DNA of 64,000 bases from Octopus sinensis (taxonomy: Eukaryota): NCBI RefSeq assembly GCF_006345805.1, contig NC_042999.1, forward strand, positions 119,412,001 through 119,476,000. The letters are read 5' to 3'. The notes under the pieces were generated by a model, which saw only the letters and a program-made list of their open reading frames with translations, had not been told where the DNA came from and did not search any database. The translations under genes were made by a program, and so were the position numbers. This document shows positions 37,395 through 52,315 of this stretch, in pieces (the first letter of the stretch is position 1; the number at the start of each line of letters is the position of its first letter).

Positions 37395-40300
37395 CAGGTC
37401 TATATGTATGTGTGTGTGAGTATAGTTTAAATGTATGTTTAACTAATTACAAGTCCAGCTCTTTAACCTTACCACAATATTTTTTTTATCATTTATTTAT
37501 TTTTAAAAAATTTTACACAGTTTAAATAATACTCAGTCTCCATGCTTTTATAGAGAAATTAGTTATGCAAATCGTTTGGCATTTTCCTTTTTAATGAGGA
37601 ATTGATGTCAACGTATTAGGTTATCTCATTAATCATTAAAAGGGCTGTATTTCCTCAATTCAGTAAAGCCTAAATATTCAAAATTGATTATATAGTCGAT
37701 AATGTTGGATTCTAAAACCAATTTGAGTTGAGTGAAACAGTTTATGAAACAACTTTAAGTTTTAAAGATAAATGCATTTCAGATCAGTTTTTCCATTTAT
37801 TTTCTCAATTATTTATTCTGATTCATTACAATTTTTTTATTTTGTTTTACAGGAAATTAAATAAATCTGTATTCTATAGGTTACCTGCTTTATTTCAACT
37901 ATTCTCACACATTTATAAGTAGTGTGTTGAAGCAGAGTATAATGCTTAATTGCATATTATAACAGATATTTTTTGTTAAATGACTTCTTTGTATTTTATT
38001 GTTAACATTATCAATTAGCAATATCAAATATTTGGTTTATGAGAACTGAAATTCTAATTTATGTTTTATTTTTAAGAGAGATTTGTATTTCTGTTAGTAG
38101 AAATGTAGCTGCTTATTACAAAGTATAATAATTTTGCTTCCTAATAAATACTAAAGTATGGTGTGGAATGTAATTTACAGAGAATATAATGCTAGTTAAA
38201 TGCATTTGGACTATAATTATTGTCATAGACCTGTTCGTTGTTATAGCTTTCCTATGGCTCAGATGACAAAAGTTAATTAAGATATAAATGTAAATAATAA
38301 CATTTTTCTCTAAAGCACTCAGTGAAAGCCAGTATTAAACCAAATCTTAGATTTATGTCTAGTCACCTGATTTTTTTCTTTATTATACAGTGGGGTTTTT
38401 TTTTTGTCTGAAAGCTTTAAAAACAATTCATTATAAAGTATGGTTTTCCATATTTTCTTTATGGTGATGTTAATTTTTAAAAATATACTTTTAAAAACAA
38501 AAATTCAAAGCTAAACATCTTGAATATAAATGGAAGAAAATTGAAATAAATGTCTGTAGAAGCAAAATAGTTGGTTCAATGAGATAATGGGCTGTCAATT
38601 TATGGTCATGTGTTCATATTTATGGCCAGCATTTTGTAGTATCTGGTCAAAATACTGAAAACTATATAGCTCTGTTCTCATGGCTATCATGAATATGCAC
38701 TATAATTTTCTGGGAAAATCACTAGTAATAGAATAAACTCCTGTCCAACAGAAGATTTATCTTTCATCTGGATAATTTTATGCAAATCAATATTAAGCAC
38801 TGAATCTGTGGTCTAGGAGAGTTATCTTCAATGATTTCGCTGAAGCATTTTATTTTATGATTAAGGTGATCATCCAGTCTGGCTCAAAATGCTTTAATCC
38901 ATGGACGAAGCTAAAAGTTATGACATAATGGTAATACAATTTGTAATTTGATGAGGAATATTGTCTCACAGTGTTTCTAGAACAAAAAATAAAGAAGTTT
39001 TTTTTACCTCAATCCCTGTATCCAAAAATGTTCCACTACTTAGGTACTAATGCAATAACAATTAGTCTACAATCAAACTACAGCAGTCCACCCTCAGTTG
39101 GAACTAATTCAAGTAGGTCACATCATACTTGAGGTGTTTGGCAACATTGCAAAACTCAGCTTCTTTCTTAGTAGGCTCTTTCATTGACTATTATAAAATC
39201 TGGACATGATGCTAAAGACTAAGTAGTATGTCTATAATAGAATAAACTACAACGTTCAGCATTATTTCCAGGGACAGAAACACAGACACAGTATTTACAT
39301 AAGAGAGTTTAGACAGCTTTTATATATACTAACACAATCATGTTTGTGCTATTCGTCTAGTTTTAATTAAGAATATATATTTGTGAGCGCAAGAACGTAA
39401 ATATGTATAAACATATAAGGGAGCAAGCATGACTCTGTGGTTAAGAAGCTAGCTTCCCAACCATATGGTCATGGGTTCAGTCCCATTGTGTAGACCTTGG
39501 GCAAGTGTCTTCTACAATAGCCCTGGACTGCTCAAAGTGTAAATGAATTTGGTAGACAGGAACTAAAAGAAGCACATCATGCATACATGTGTGTGTGTAT
39601 GTATGTATGTATGTATGTATGTATGTATGTATGTATGTATGTATGTATGTATGTATGTACGTATATTTGTGTATGTACGTATGTATGTATATTTGTCCAG
39701 ACACCACTTGATGGTTGTGGCTGAGCATCATCATCATACAAGTGAAGTTGTTTGTTTCCAGTCTTCTGTGTAAAACATGTCAAGGCATGGGAAAACTGAA
39801 CCATGCTTGTAAACAGTTGAGAATTGATGACAGGAAGGGCATCCAACTGAAATTAGTACCAGCCCCACTTCTCTCTCCCAAGAGGTTCAAATTAGTGCTT
39901 TCATGACTCCTTCTTTAAAGCATTAATAAGAATAAACATACCAGTCTCCTCAAAGACATTTGGAAGACCTCATGCCTTTGGTCACAAAACATCACAAAAC
40001 ATGTGCAAGCTTCTATCTGTCTACCTCTTCCTTAGCTATGAGTAGCTTCTCATCTAACTTCTCTTCTTGCTATTTGATAATGGCATGTATGAATGATGAA
40101 GCCACCTTTAAAACAGAGAGTTACTTGCAAATAAATGTGTTAACATGTGACATTATTGACCAAGATTACCGTGGTCTTTTCTGTAGGCTTTTCTTTCCAT
40201 GGATAAACCTTATCTGTTTCCCCCTTTACACTTTACATCATGACATTTCTGTGATACAAGATCCTTAATGATCGTTTTTTTCCCTTTCCTTTTTACGATC

Positions 40301-41177
40301 CCTTTTGATCAAAAACCTACCCCATTTTTTTTTTTACATTTTTTTTCTCCCCAAAAAGAAAAGCTATACTTTGTAATTTGTCCAGTCTATGTTCAGCCCT
40401 GTGTGGCTTACAAAGAAATACATTTGATATCTTTTCTTGCTGCCCACCACTCTAAGCCTGTCTTTTATCTGTTACAATATTACTCCACTATCATGTCACA
40501 TTGTACTAGCCATACATCCAGACCATAGACCTCAGAAGGCTGTCCTGTAAAAAATACCAGTTTTACTCTATGTTATAAGTCTCTCTCTCTCTCCATTTCC
40601 TTCTATCATAAGCACCTCTTTAAATCAATGACCACTGGAGATCAATTCTCTAAGTAATCTTTCCTTTCTGAATCAGACTAACTCTTATCTTGAAGTCCTT
40701 AATTACTAATTTATATTGGGCTGTACATTTTTTTATTGTGGGAAAGACATAGCATTTACAATCACACACCTATCAGGATTTCAGATGAGAATGAAGATTG
40801 GCTGGTTGTTTTGAATATCATCCTGCAGATGGTGAAAATATTTGCATCACAGAACTTGAGGAGTCTAGATCCAGTCTCTTTTCTTGTACCATACTCATAA
40901 CTATCGTTTATAGAATAATAATGAGCTGATTGCATTCATTGCTCTGGTGAACTACATCATTATGTTGATGATGTTGAAATTAATAGTGTGTGAGTGATTA
41001 GTAAGAGGAAAATTTTGATCAAAGATAATGGTGATGATGGTGATGACAACTTAGTACTGTTGCGTAACTTACATGAAAATTACACACCTATGTGTGGCTG
41101 TGTATAAGACTCTCCTTTCCACACATCTCTTTCCCTCTCTCTCAATGTGTGTGTGATTGTGTGTTTGCATGTGTGTG

Positions 41178-41222
<45 letters not shown>

Positions 41223-41364
41223 GTTTATGTATGTGTATGTTTATACATAATATATTTGTGCGTATGTATGTAGATATATAGGTGTATGTATATATATATG
41301 TGTGTGTGTATGTATATGTAAATATATATATGTATGTGCATATGTTCATATATATATATGTATG

Positions 41365-41411
<47 letters not shown>

Positions 41412-41733
41412 ATACGTATATATATATATATACATACACACACATACACAAACATACACATAAACACAGATAAACATATGTGTGTGAGGGTGTGTAATAT
41501 GTGCACATACTACTCACTCATTATGTCAGAAATGTGAGCCAGACATCTATTCTAACAAATGTATTATTCTATAAGGACCCATTCATTACAACAGAGCAGA
41601 ATAAGTAACAAGATGTTGAAATACATCAAAATTATGTGAACAATTATGCAAAAAGATAGTCTACGTATCAAGTCTGTATGCATATATAAGTATGCACATA
41701 TGTGTATATGTGTGCATGCGTGTGTGTGTATTG

Positions 41734-41767
<34 letters not shown>

Positions 41768-41855
41768 ATTTATATATGTGAATATATATTATATATATAT
41801 ATGTATATATATATATATGTATTTATATGTATATATGTATATGTATATGTATGTC

Positions 41856-41886
<31 letters not shown>

Positions 41887-41891
41887 CTATC

Positions 41892-41924
<33 letters not shown>

Positions 41925-42289
41925 TATATATATACACATGCACACACTCACATATATATACATCTATGTGTGTACAACTGTACCTCTGGAAATATGTATA
42001 ATAACTAAGCTTAGACTAGTCATAGGTAAAACTAACAGTGCCAGTTATGTTTCTCATCCATTTCTCAGCAAACAGTTTACTGATTTTCCTCACTTAGTAG
42101 AGATAGTAACCTTGAAATTGAAATAAATCACAGGATTGCGAAAGCTAGAGCTGCTTTCAGGAAGCTCAAGACATGTGTCTGGTCAGAACTGAAGTATCAT
42201 GAGAGACATGAAGCTTGTGTTCTAAAAGCTCTGCTATGTGGATACAAAATGTGGACAACTCAACTGGTGCTCCATCGCTTATGATAATG

Positions 42290-42589
42290 AAGGTTCACGT
42301 TGATTTTATTAATGGAACAGCCTGCTCATAAAATTAACGTGCAAGTGGTTGAGCACTCCACTGACACATGTACCCTTAACATAGTTCTAAGGGAGATTCA
42401 GCATGTCACAGAATGAGACAAGGCTGGCTCTTTCAAAGACAGGTACTACTCATTTTTGCCAGCTGAATGGACTGGAGCAATATGAAATAAAGTCTCTTGC
42501 TGAAGGACATAACACATTGCCTGGAATTGAACTCATGACCTTACAATTATAAACTAAATATCCTAACCACTAAGCCATATGCCTTCACA
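42290..42589 (-). mobile_element. tRNA-derived SINE (family C)
   Basis: Minus strand: ggcatatggcttagtggttagg...gagttcaattcc...ttgctccagtccattcagctgg; head related to 51465. Confidence 0.75.
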
Positions 42590-43187
42590 TACATACTTGC
42601 ATACACACATAGATGCATGCATGCATGCATACATACATAAAAACATACATGCATACATACATCATACATACAAGCATGCATACATACATACATACATCAT
42701 ACATACAAGCATGCATGCATACATACATACATCATACATACAAGCATGCATGCATACATACATACATCATACATACAAGCATGCATGCATACATACATAC
42801 ATACATTATACATACAAGCATACATACATACATACATCATACATACAAGCATGCATACATACATACATACATACATACATACAAGCATGCATACATACAT
42901 ACATACATACATACATCATACATACAAGCATGCATGCATACATACATACATCATACATACAAGCATGCATGCATACATACAAGCATGCATACATACATAC
43001 ACACATGCATACATACATACATACATACATACATACAAGTATGCATGCATACATACATACATACATACATACACACATGCATGCATACATACAAGCATGC
43101 ATGCATGCATACATACATACATACATACATACATACATACATACATACATACATACATACATACATACATACATACATACATACATG
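42585..43187. repeat. (CATA)n-derived higher-order minisatellite
   Basis: Recurring catacatacat-catacatacaagcatgcatg units within (CATA)n. Confidence 0.9.
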
Positions 43188-43976
43188 ATATGACAATTTA
43201 CAGGTGTCATATCAAGCTGGTGGAAAAACTTTCATCATCATCGTATCAAGCACATGCTAAACATAAAGTGATCTTCTTACATACCTGATTTTGTTGTACT
43301 TGGGAAAGCCACCAACAGAATTGAGAAAGATATAATTGTGGACCAGAGACATTATGCTGATCATGTTGTCAGTATAGAAGCTGGCAAGCTACCGAAACTG
43401 ATATTTTGTAGGGAGCTGACCAGTGAGAGGCCTTAGCACAACTCTAGAAAGCGGTTTAAGGATGCCCTAAAAAGTAACTTTACGGTTCTGGAGATTGGTA
43501 TGGATATCTAGATAACATTGGTTGAAAGATGTAAATTATGGAGAGAGACTATCAAGTGCAGATATGAGATCTTTGAGCAAAAATGGAGTATGCTGCTTTG
43601 GAGCATTCACTCTCTAAGTGGGTCTCAAGTGTAGTGACCGCAAATCTCCAACAGGAATTGAAATGCAATATGTGTGGATAATCTCTCCTCTTGAGAGGAG
43701 GGTTCCTCAGCCATCTCAAGTCACATGAGCCAGTGTGAAGTCAAGCAGGTTGTGAGAGGGCTCTACAACCATGTGCACTGCGGTACATTTGTACTGAAAA
43801 CAGAAATAAATGTCACAACTCTGAACATTCCTGCAGAGTGGAAGTTGGGCTGATAAACCATTTGCATGCACATGATTGTACTATGTTCAATAAAGAGCTG
43901 GCACTCTTCTGACAAGAAGTAGCAATCAGCACATGTATGTATATATATATTTGTGTATGTTTGTGTAATGTATATA

Positions 43977-44424
<448 letters not shown>

Positions 44425-44871
44425 GATATATATATATATATGTATACACACACACACACACACACACAAACATATATGATACATACATACATACACGCAT
44501 ACATACATATATACACAGAGTCTGCTGTGATGAATCTACAAACAAACACACATAACATGTAAGGGTATAGTTTTTCCTTCAGAAGAGATTATGTTCAGAA
44601 ATATGAATTTAATATTTAATTAATTTCACTGTGTATAGTTGAAACAGCTGTAAGGAATAATGATTGAGTTGTTGCTGATAATAAACACTTATTAGTTTCA
44701 AAATTTCCATTTTCTTTTTTTTTTCTGTGCATGAATATAAATCACAGTTTATATACAGACCTATTATCTTAAGGAAATGAATTCCCCCCAAATTATTAGA
44801 TATTGACCCAGTATTTCCTTGGATGACATCATCCCTTCCTGAGGCTACATAACCTCTTACTGAGTTCTCTC

Positions 44872-44994
<123 letters not shown>

Positions 44995-45264
44995 GCATAC
45001 ACACATATGCATGCACATGCTCAAACACATAGACACGCATAAAAGTAATAATCTAAATGAAGAAAGGAGAACTCAAATTGACATTACAATTGTTTCTGTA
45101 AACAGGTAATATCAATTATTTTATATCTTATACAATTCATATAATCTATAATGATGATGATGATATACTATAATGGAGAAAGCTGATTTATTAATAGGTG
45201 TGTAACAATTGCTAAAATTACTAAAAGAAAGCAATTACTAAAGGGGTGACAGTCTGGGAATCAT

Positions 45265-45730
45265 AATCATCATTATTGTTTAACATCCGCTTTCCATGCT
45301 AGCATGGGTTGGATGGTTTGACTGAGGGCTGGCAAACCAGATGGCTGCACGAGGCTCCAATCTGATCTGGCAGAGTTTCTACAGCTGGATGCCTTTCTTA
45401 ATGCCAACCACTCTGAGAGTGTAGTGGGTGCTTTTATGTGCCACTGGCACGGGGGCCAGTCAGGCGGTACAGGCAACGACCTCGCTCGAATCTTTTTACA
45501 CATGCCAACGGCAAAAGTGCCAGTAATGATCCCGCTTGAATGGTGCCTCCTACATGCCAACGGCATGGAAGCCAGTTAGCCACCCTGGCAACGATCACGC
45601 TCGGATGGTGCTCTTAGCACCCTACTAGCACGGGGCATAAGTGCCAGTAAGGCAAGGCTGATAACGATCACACTCGAATGGTGCCTTTTATGTATCACTG
45701 GCACAGGGGCTTCTGTGCCAGTGGCACGTA
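45265..45730 (-). mobile_element. RTE-associated 3'-tail/SINE-like repeat
   Basis: Homologous to 6538-7188. Confidence 0.75.
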
Positions 45731-45981
45731 AACAACAATTTTCCCCATAAACAACAAATGGATAAAGTTTTCAGAAATAATCCAATAGACTTACCATTAA
45801 TTCCGTGAAATATTCACGGGCCCATGTAGCTGCTTTTCTATAATAATGATGATAATCCTTCCTGTTAAAGGCCTGGGATCTGAGATTTACAGAGAGGGGA
45901 TTAGTTGATTACATTAATCCTGATGTTTCACTGATACTTAATTTATCAACTCCGAAAGGATGAAAGGCAAAGTCAACCCCC

Positions 45982-48348
45982 GGCCCAAAAGTTCTCTGGA
46001 ACAGACCAGCCAACTCGTTCTTGCCAACGCTCAGAATGTCCCCGAGAACGTTGTTGCACTTACCCGCCACTGAACCTCTATAGAATACCGTAGTATAATT
46101 TTTACTGACCGCATTGCCCGACTGACAGAGGAGTGTGAGTGCCCGATGATACTCTAGGTGCCAGGCGCCCTTCCTCAGTATACGTTTGATCCAGGACTGC
46201 TGTTCAGTTAAAGACTTAAGCTGTGGGAAATCACAACTGACAAACAGCGACCACACCTGCTCACCGTCTAGGAAGCTCCGGAAATGTCGCAGCCTCATTG
46301 CATGTCTGCGTATCAATAGCCATGGTATGTCCAGCCCTCCATTTAGCTGGTGCTGACAGCAAATGGAGCAGAAAGCGAAATAGCAGACGCTCCAGTTTGG
46401 TTAGCCGCGAACTGGGGCAGGGCATGATGGTGAGGCAGTAGTAGATTCAACAGGTCCTTCCGTCCAGTGTCCTATGGTGCTGTTTGAAGGCATGGACCTG
46501 CTGCTCCAGGTGCCGAGTTGCAGGCCCACTGGCTTCTCCTGATTAATTTTTGCTCCTGTCCCTGCTTTGTATTCTTTTAGAGCGATGCTGATCAGGTCTA
46601 TGTGCTTGGTATTCGACATATTGACAGTGAAGTCATCTGCGTATGCTGATACGGTTCCCCTGTGTCCTAATTCATGCGGGATGCCTCTCAGTGTCTCCAA
46701 TTTCTGCAGTAGTAGTTCTAGAGCTATTACATACAGGAGAGACATGCGGGGACAACTCTGAAGGACCGAACGCATGATGCTGAATAGTTCTGATAGGCAA
46801 TGATTCACCTGAACTACCGAGCAGATGTCACTGTACATTGCTGCGATCCAGTCGCGGAAAACGGGACCAAAACCGGCTGCCGTGAGGACGGCCACCAAGT
46901 ATTGGTGTTCGACTTTATCAACGGCTTTAGACCGATCCAGATTGATCAACGCCCACCCATGCCAGCTTCATTCCCCACCCTGTCTATGATGTGTCGCATG
47001 AGGTGGAGGTTGTCATGGATTGATCTGCTTGTGATGGCACATGTTTGTGCATCACCAATCAGTTCCTCGACAAGCACCAACCTCTTTGCTAGCACCATGG
47101 TCAAAGCTTTGAAGTCTGCGTTTAGCGGCGTTATGGGCCAAAAAATTTCTCTTTGATCCCTTTTGTTTGGGTCCTTTCTCATTACTTCCACCACTTCTCA
47201 GCTCACAAAACTAGGAATTCTCTTGTTCTGGAGCCAGTTGTGGTAGATATCTGCAAAGAGGTTGTCAAACAAGTCTGACATATGAAACTCATAAGGCAAG
47301 CCATCCAAATCAGACGATTTGCCCGCCGTGCAGCCCATCATCGCATCTCATATTTCCGTGGCTGCCATCAGCATTTCGCAATGCCTTACCTCACCTGACA
47401 TGAGTTGTGGCATACTGTCGAGGTAGACACTGAAGTCCATCCTGCATTCCGGATCGCCACTCGTCCCAAACACTTGGGGGAAATGCTGCACACATCTGCT
47501 CCTGCTCATGTACTGTGCACCCAGCTGGGTCCCCCAAAGACCAAATTGTTAATTTGTTACCATGTTGAGCCTCTTCCACTCGGGCCCATCGAGCAGCTTT
47601 CCTTCATTTCTTAGAGTCCATGGCTTAGCTCTGACAATGCATCCTTCCTGCTTAGCGTTGAAAAATTGGTCAATGTTCAATCTCGCAACCTGTATGTCGG
47701 TTGCAATGTCTCTCCTAAGCACCTCTTCTAAGTCCCTAACTACCTTTCCTTCTATTTTATTTTGTCTGTCGCTAGTGCCTTGCTAAACCTAATCGATTCT
47801 ATTCTAATTGCCCTTTCCCGGTGTACCACCATTTATTGTTAAGTATTGACCCCGTTAATGCTCGCTTAACTAATTCACTAATCCGGTCTCTGTAAGCTTG
47901 GCACAGCAGGAGTGACGCATTCAGGTTCCAGTAAACAGGTATATCTAAGTCGACCGCGCAGATCAAAAATTTGTGGTCTGTGTAGGCGACGATTTTGGAA
48001 AATGGACAACATACTATTCCTGTCCACTGGCCTACAGAAAATTCTGTCTAAATATGACCTGGATGACCTGCTGCAGTTAGATCAGGTCCACACTGGCGCA
48101 TTTGAGAAATCCAGCTGGTCAGACAGTTGAAAACAACTGAGCAGGTTTACGAAGCATTTGCACCCACCTCCTCTATCTGCTAGCCCCACACGGTCCTGTC
48201 GCCCATAATCACCAAAGGACAAGACGTTCCCAGGAAAACTTCTAGGCATCTGAAGAAGTCCAGCTGTCCTTCTCCTGTCAGAGCATAGACAACCACCGGC
48301 TGAAAGCACCCTTGTCACTACTGTTCACATCTACGACCACCAACTTAC
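45982..48348 (-). mobile_element. L1/Tx1-clade LINE ORF2 pseudogene (APE endonuclease + RT), truncated at both ends
   Basis: APE motifs VVYA, VIMGD, SYLDRIF, YTDHK. RT motifs PITPLNADFK, AQTCAI.SRSIHDNL, INLDRSKAVDKVEH, SAYADDFT, GAKIN.EK. Multiple frameshifts and stops. Confidence 0.9.
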
Positions 48349-48514
48349 CAATCACATTGACCCCAGTACTCAACTGGTACTTAATTTATTGAACCCGAAA
48401 AGAATGTAAGCAAAGTCAACCTCAGTGGAATTTGAACCCAGAACATTAAGACAGACGAAATGCTGCTAAGCATTCTGCCCAGTGTGCTAATGATTCTGCC
48501 AGCTCACTGCCTTA
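48349..48514 (-). mobile_element. tRNA-derived SINE (family B), 3'-truncated; a second 3' half lies at 45850-45981
   Basis: Minus strand: aggcagtgagctggcagaatc...gggttcaaattcc...gactttgc...aaattaagtaccag. Confidence 0.8.
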
Positions 48515-48547
48515 ACAACAACAATAATAAAAGTGATGATGATAATA

Positions 48548-48589
<42 letters not shown>

Positions 48590-48631
48590 TTTATAAATAC
48601 AGTTCTGTATTTCTGAGATAAAGAATTTATA

Positions 48632-48804
48632 TATTATGTATTTGTTGAAGTGGTATCCTCATCTTGATTTTTGCTTTCACTAAGTTACAGGTGAGTACAC
48701 TCGAACGCATGACACCTGAAGAAGGATGGAGTGGAGTGTACACAGTGGAAATGCAGTGAAAGCAACACTCAAAAGAAGGATACCACTTCAACAAACACAT
48801 AATA
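48632..48804. repeat. Imperfect inverted repeat enclosing a decayed hammerhead-like motif (48713-48758, +)
   Basis: The arms share tattatgtatttgttgaagtggtatcct / aggataccacttcaacaaacacataata and ttgctttcact / agtgaaagcaa. The motif reads cac-CTGAAGA-...-GAAAT-GCA-gtg. It follows an (AAT)n tract. Confidence 0.6.
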
Positions 48805-49558
48805 CATGATAGATAATATTGATATCTGCTTTACCATATATATAAATGTGCTGGATTTTCTTTTGTATCACGTCTTGCCATTTGTTACACTGCTCTATCA
48901 TTTTCTTCATGAAGTTCAGCCTTTTGAGATCAGATTTTGTCACTTATTCCAGTGTTTTCCGTCACCTTCCTCTCACAGATTTTTCCTGTTGTGATTACAA
49001 GGCACTTTATATCTTTTCTTTTAGAATCATCCTCCATACAAATTACATATCTGTAGCATTGCAGTATTCTTTCTTATGCGTTACATCTATTTCCAGTTAT
49101 GTCCAGTTATCCTTCTAGTTTATCTTGTGCTTTGTGCTTCTTCGTCATTTACGCACACTAATATCACATAATCAGTAGAACTTGCTTGATTCACTTCCTT
49201 TCAACAGTTGCATGTGATGTGTGTGTGTGTGTGTGTGTGTGCGTGCACATGCGTAAACGACTGTCACTGTCCTACAAGTGGTGTCTCTCGTTTACATTCC
49301 ACTGGGGATACATGTTCAGCTTGCAAACTGGTGAAGGTTGGTAACAAGGTCATGAGTCCATAAAAAAATCTGCCTCAATGAAATCTGTCTGACCTATGGG
49401 AAAACGGGTCATTAGAAGGATGGCAATGATGATGGTGATGATGATGATGATGATGATTGTGTGTGTGTGTGTATTCATATATGTATGTATTTATGTATCT
49501 ATATGCACATGCATTTATGTATGTGAGTGTGTGCAAGTATTTGAGTGTTCACTCTTAC

Positions 49559-49591
<33 letters not shown>

Positions 49592-49600
49592 TATATATAT

Positions 49601-49665
<65 letters not shown>

Positions 49666-49749
49666 TATGTATATATAGAAAGAGAGAGAGGTGGAGAACA
49701 TCCATCTGTGTATGTGTGTTTGTATGTATGTCATAAAAGAAATTGTCTC

Positions 49750-49844
<95 letters not shown>

Positions 49845-51464
49845 CAAATTGAAACGTCAATAGGTATGACTCTATCCCCAAATCTAAGAACTGTCATGCT
49901 GGACCATTTGAAGAACTTACCTAGTTCTTAAGAAACATGTAATAATTATCATTCAAGATCATTCAAGATCAAATGTGTAAGAAGTTGAAAGACTGTCGGT
50001 GGAATTTTCATACCACAAAGAATATCCAAGCTGTAGCTAAAGGAAAATAAAGGAACAAAATATGGAGGGAAAAACAAATAAAAATAAAACCAGGCTGACT
50101 TATTGAAGCACACAGAGCATACAATGGCATGAGAATTTTATTATTACTTCACATAGCTCAATTTCCATCTAAGTTGATCGTGCCTTTCATCCCTTCAGGT
50201 TAGATTAAAACAAGTTCCTGTAAAATACTAAGACCAATTATATTGACTATATCGCTATTATTTGTTATATTAACATTATGCCAGATCAAAAGATAGTGTG
50301 TTATTACTTATATTATTAACGCAGTGGAAGGTCAGAAGTGGTAATGCAACAGACTGCATACTGCTAATTGCACTTAGTTCTATTTCTCTGAGTTTTGTGT
50401 TCAAATTACACTGGAGTAGCTTTCATTTTTGCTATATTTCATAAATATCTAGCATGTTGCATGTATTAATAAGGAGAAATAAAATCAAGCAACCACTTTA
50501 TCTCTAAAATATCTGCTGTTGATGAAAGATATTCATGTTATAATATTATTAATTTTTCACATTCATAATCAATGGTAGTAGCATATAGGCTGTCTTTTGA
50601 CCGATTATAAATAGCAGCCAAATTTCCCTGTCTTTGAGCTTGAAAATAGAGCCTCTCTCAGTCAATGTTGATCATGTATCTACACATGTTTATGCAGGTT
50701 TGAGCAAGATGTTTTGAGGAAGACTAGTGGATGCCCTTGCATGCAAGCCTTCTTTTCAAGCTGTTGCTGCTAATCCAAGGAAGAGGTCAACAACTTGGAT
50801 TGAGGTAGATTGACACTGATACCATTACAGGTGTTAGTGCAAGAAAGCAAAGAGACAGAGCAATTACCTCAAGGCATCTCTCTTGACCCTCTAGAAATTC
50901 CACTCATCCATTGCCCTTGATTGGTACTTTTTTGTAATTTAACTCTGAAAGGATTAAAGGCAAAGTTGGCCACTATGGGATTTGAACTCAAAACACAGAG
51001 AGTCAGATAAAATGCTGTAAGGCACTCTATACAGCACTCCAATGACTTAGTCAACTCACTTAAAAATATGATATACACATAAGGATAATAAGATCCCAGA
51101 TATTGTATGTCTACTACAATATTGAAAATGTTACATTTGATCATAGTTCTGTTTGATCAGGACTGACCTATGCTAATTAACAACTGCAAATATTGGTGTT
51201 CTGTGGAGCAATTGTGCAGTTGTGTAATGTATAGAAGTTGGATCTGAATGACAATAAAATCTATTAGTATTATTGCTTCCTCAGATGGTCTTTACAAGTA
51301 TTATAAGTGAGATTGCCTTTAAATTATATTTAAAGGATTTTGTTCTTTTGATATTTTGCATATTTAATCAAACACTGCTTTAAGGGACACTGGCTGGCAT
51401 AGAGAAATAGATTTGCTGGAGATGCCATCTACATAAATATAAAATATAATGCTTAAATAATTAT

Positions 51465-51763
51465 GGCATATGGCTCAGTGATTAGAGAATTGAGCTCACA
51501 ATCATGAGGAAGTGAGTTCGATTCCCAGACTGAGTTGTTATGTTCTTGAGCAAAACACTTTATTTCAAGTTGCCCCAGTTCACTCAGCTGTAGAAATGAG
51601 TTGCGACTTTCCTTGGACAAATTCAGTGACATGAGAAAGGAGACTGGTATGTATGGGCAACTGCTGGTCTTCCATAAGCAACTTTATCTGGACTTGCGCC
51701 TTGGAGGATAACCTTCTAGGTGCAATCCCATGGCCATTCATGACTGAAGGGGGTCTTTACCCT
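51465..51763 (+). mobile_element. tRNA-derived SINE (family C-related head)
   Basis: ggcatatggctcagtg...gagttcgattccc...gttgccccagttcactcagctgtagaaatgagt. Confidence 0.75.
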
Positions 51764-51928
51764 ATATCCCCTTTACTTAAATTATTGTTAGACTAATAGC
51801 ATAACCTTGCCTTGGCCAGGATCAAGTTATGACTATTAAACTAATCAAGTTCTTTATTTCAAACTAAACTAAGTAGTATAGACGTCAAATTTGGGCAAAA
51901 TCCGTTGAAATTAGTTATATTATATATA

Positions 51929-52140
51929 TACTCTTTTACTCTTTTACTTGTTTCAGTCATTTGACTGTGGCCATGCTGGAGCACAGCCTTTAGTCGAGCA
52001 AATCAACCCTGGGACTTATTCTTTGTAAGCCCAGTACTTATTCTATCGGTCTCTTTTGCCGAACCGCTAAGTGACGGGGACGTAAACACACCAGCATCGG
52101 TTGTCAAGCAATGCTACGGAGACAAACACAGACACACAAA
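51929..52140. mobile_element. Fragment of a high-copy SINE-like repeat
   Basis: tactcttttacttgtttcagtcatttgactgtggccatgctggagc...ccgaaccgctaagtgacgggg. Recognised from memory as a common octopod repeat, not verified. Confidence 0.5.
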
Positions 52141-52235
52141 CACATACATATATATCTATATATATATATATAACATTATTGGTGAATTGAAGAAATGGAG
52201 CTGAACGCAGATTGAACAGAAATCGTTTTATTTCA

Positions 52236-52315
52236 TTCTACACGTGTTTCGAAAGGCACAAATTACCAAAATCCGATTGAATAATGGGACCATATTGTGT
52301 CTTTCTCTTCAGGAA
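52236..52315 (-). ncRNA. Type I hammerhead ribozyme motif
   Basis: Minus strand: ttc-CTGAAGA-gaaag(a)cacaa...ttgtg(c)ctttc-GAAAC-acgt-GTA-gaa. Confidence 0.85.

Larger units (their letters stand above)
42010..43740 (+). mobile_element. Decayed RTE (BovB-like) LINE split by a SINE plus compound microsatellite
   Basis: The left part reads RIAKARAAFRKL...LLCGYKMWT (to ~42258) and resumes YRCHIK...KLPKLIFCREL...RKRFKDALK at ~43198. Confidence 0.7.

Noticed and set aside
37400-39400. Repeat-poor AT-rich stretch with several acceptor-like ttttacag/ctatag sites
   Set aside because: No open frame with recognisable protein similarity; host exons cannot be supported without RNA data.
48830-49190. Minus-strand LINE-like peptide remnant (DRAV*QMARRDTKE)
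   Set aside because: Too short and degraded to assign with confidence.
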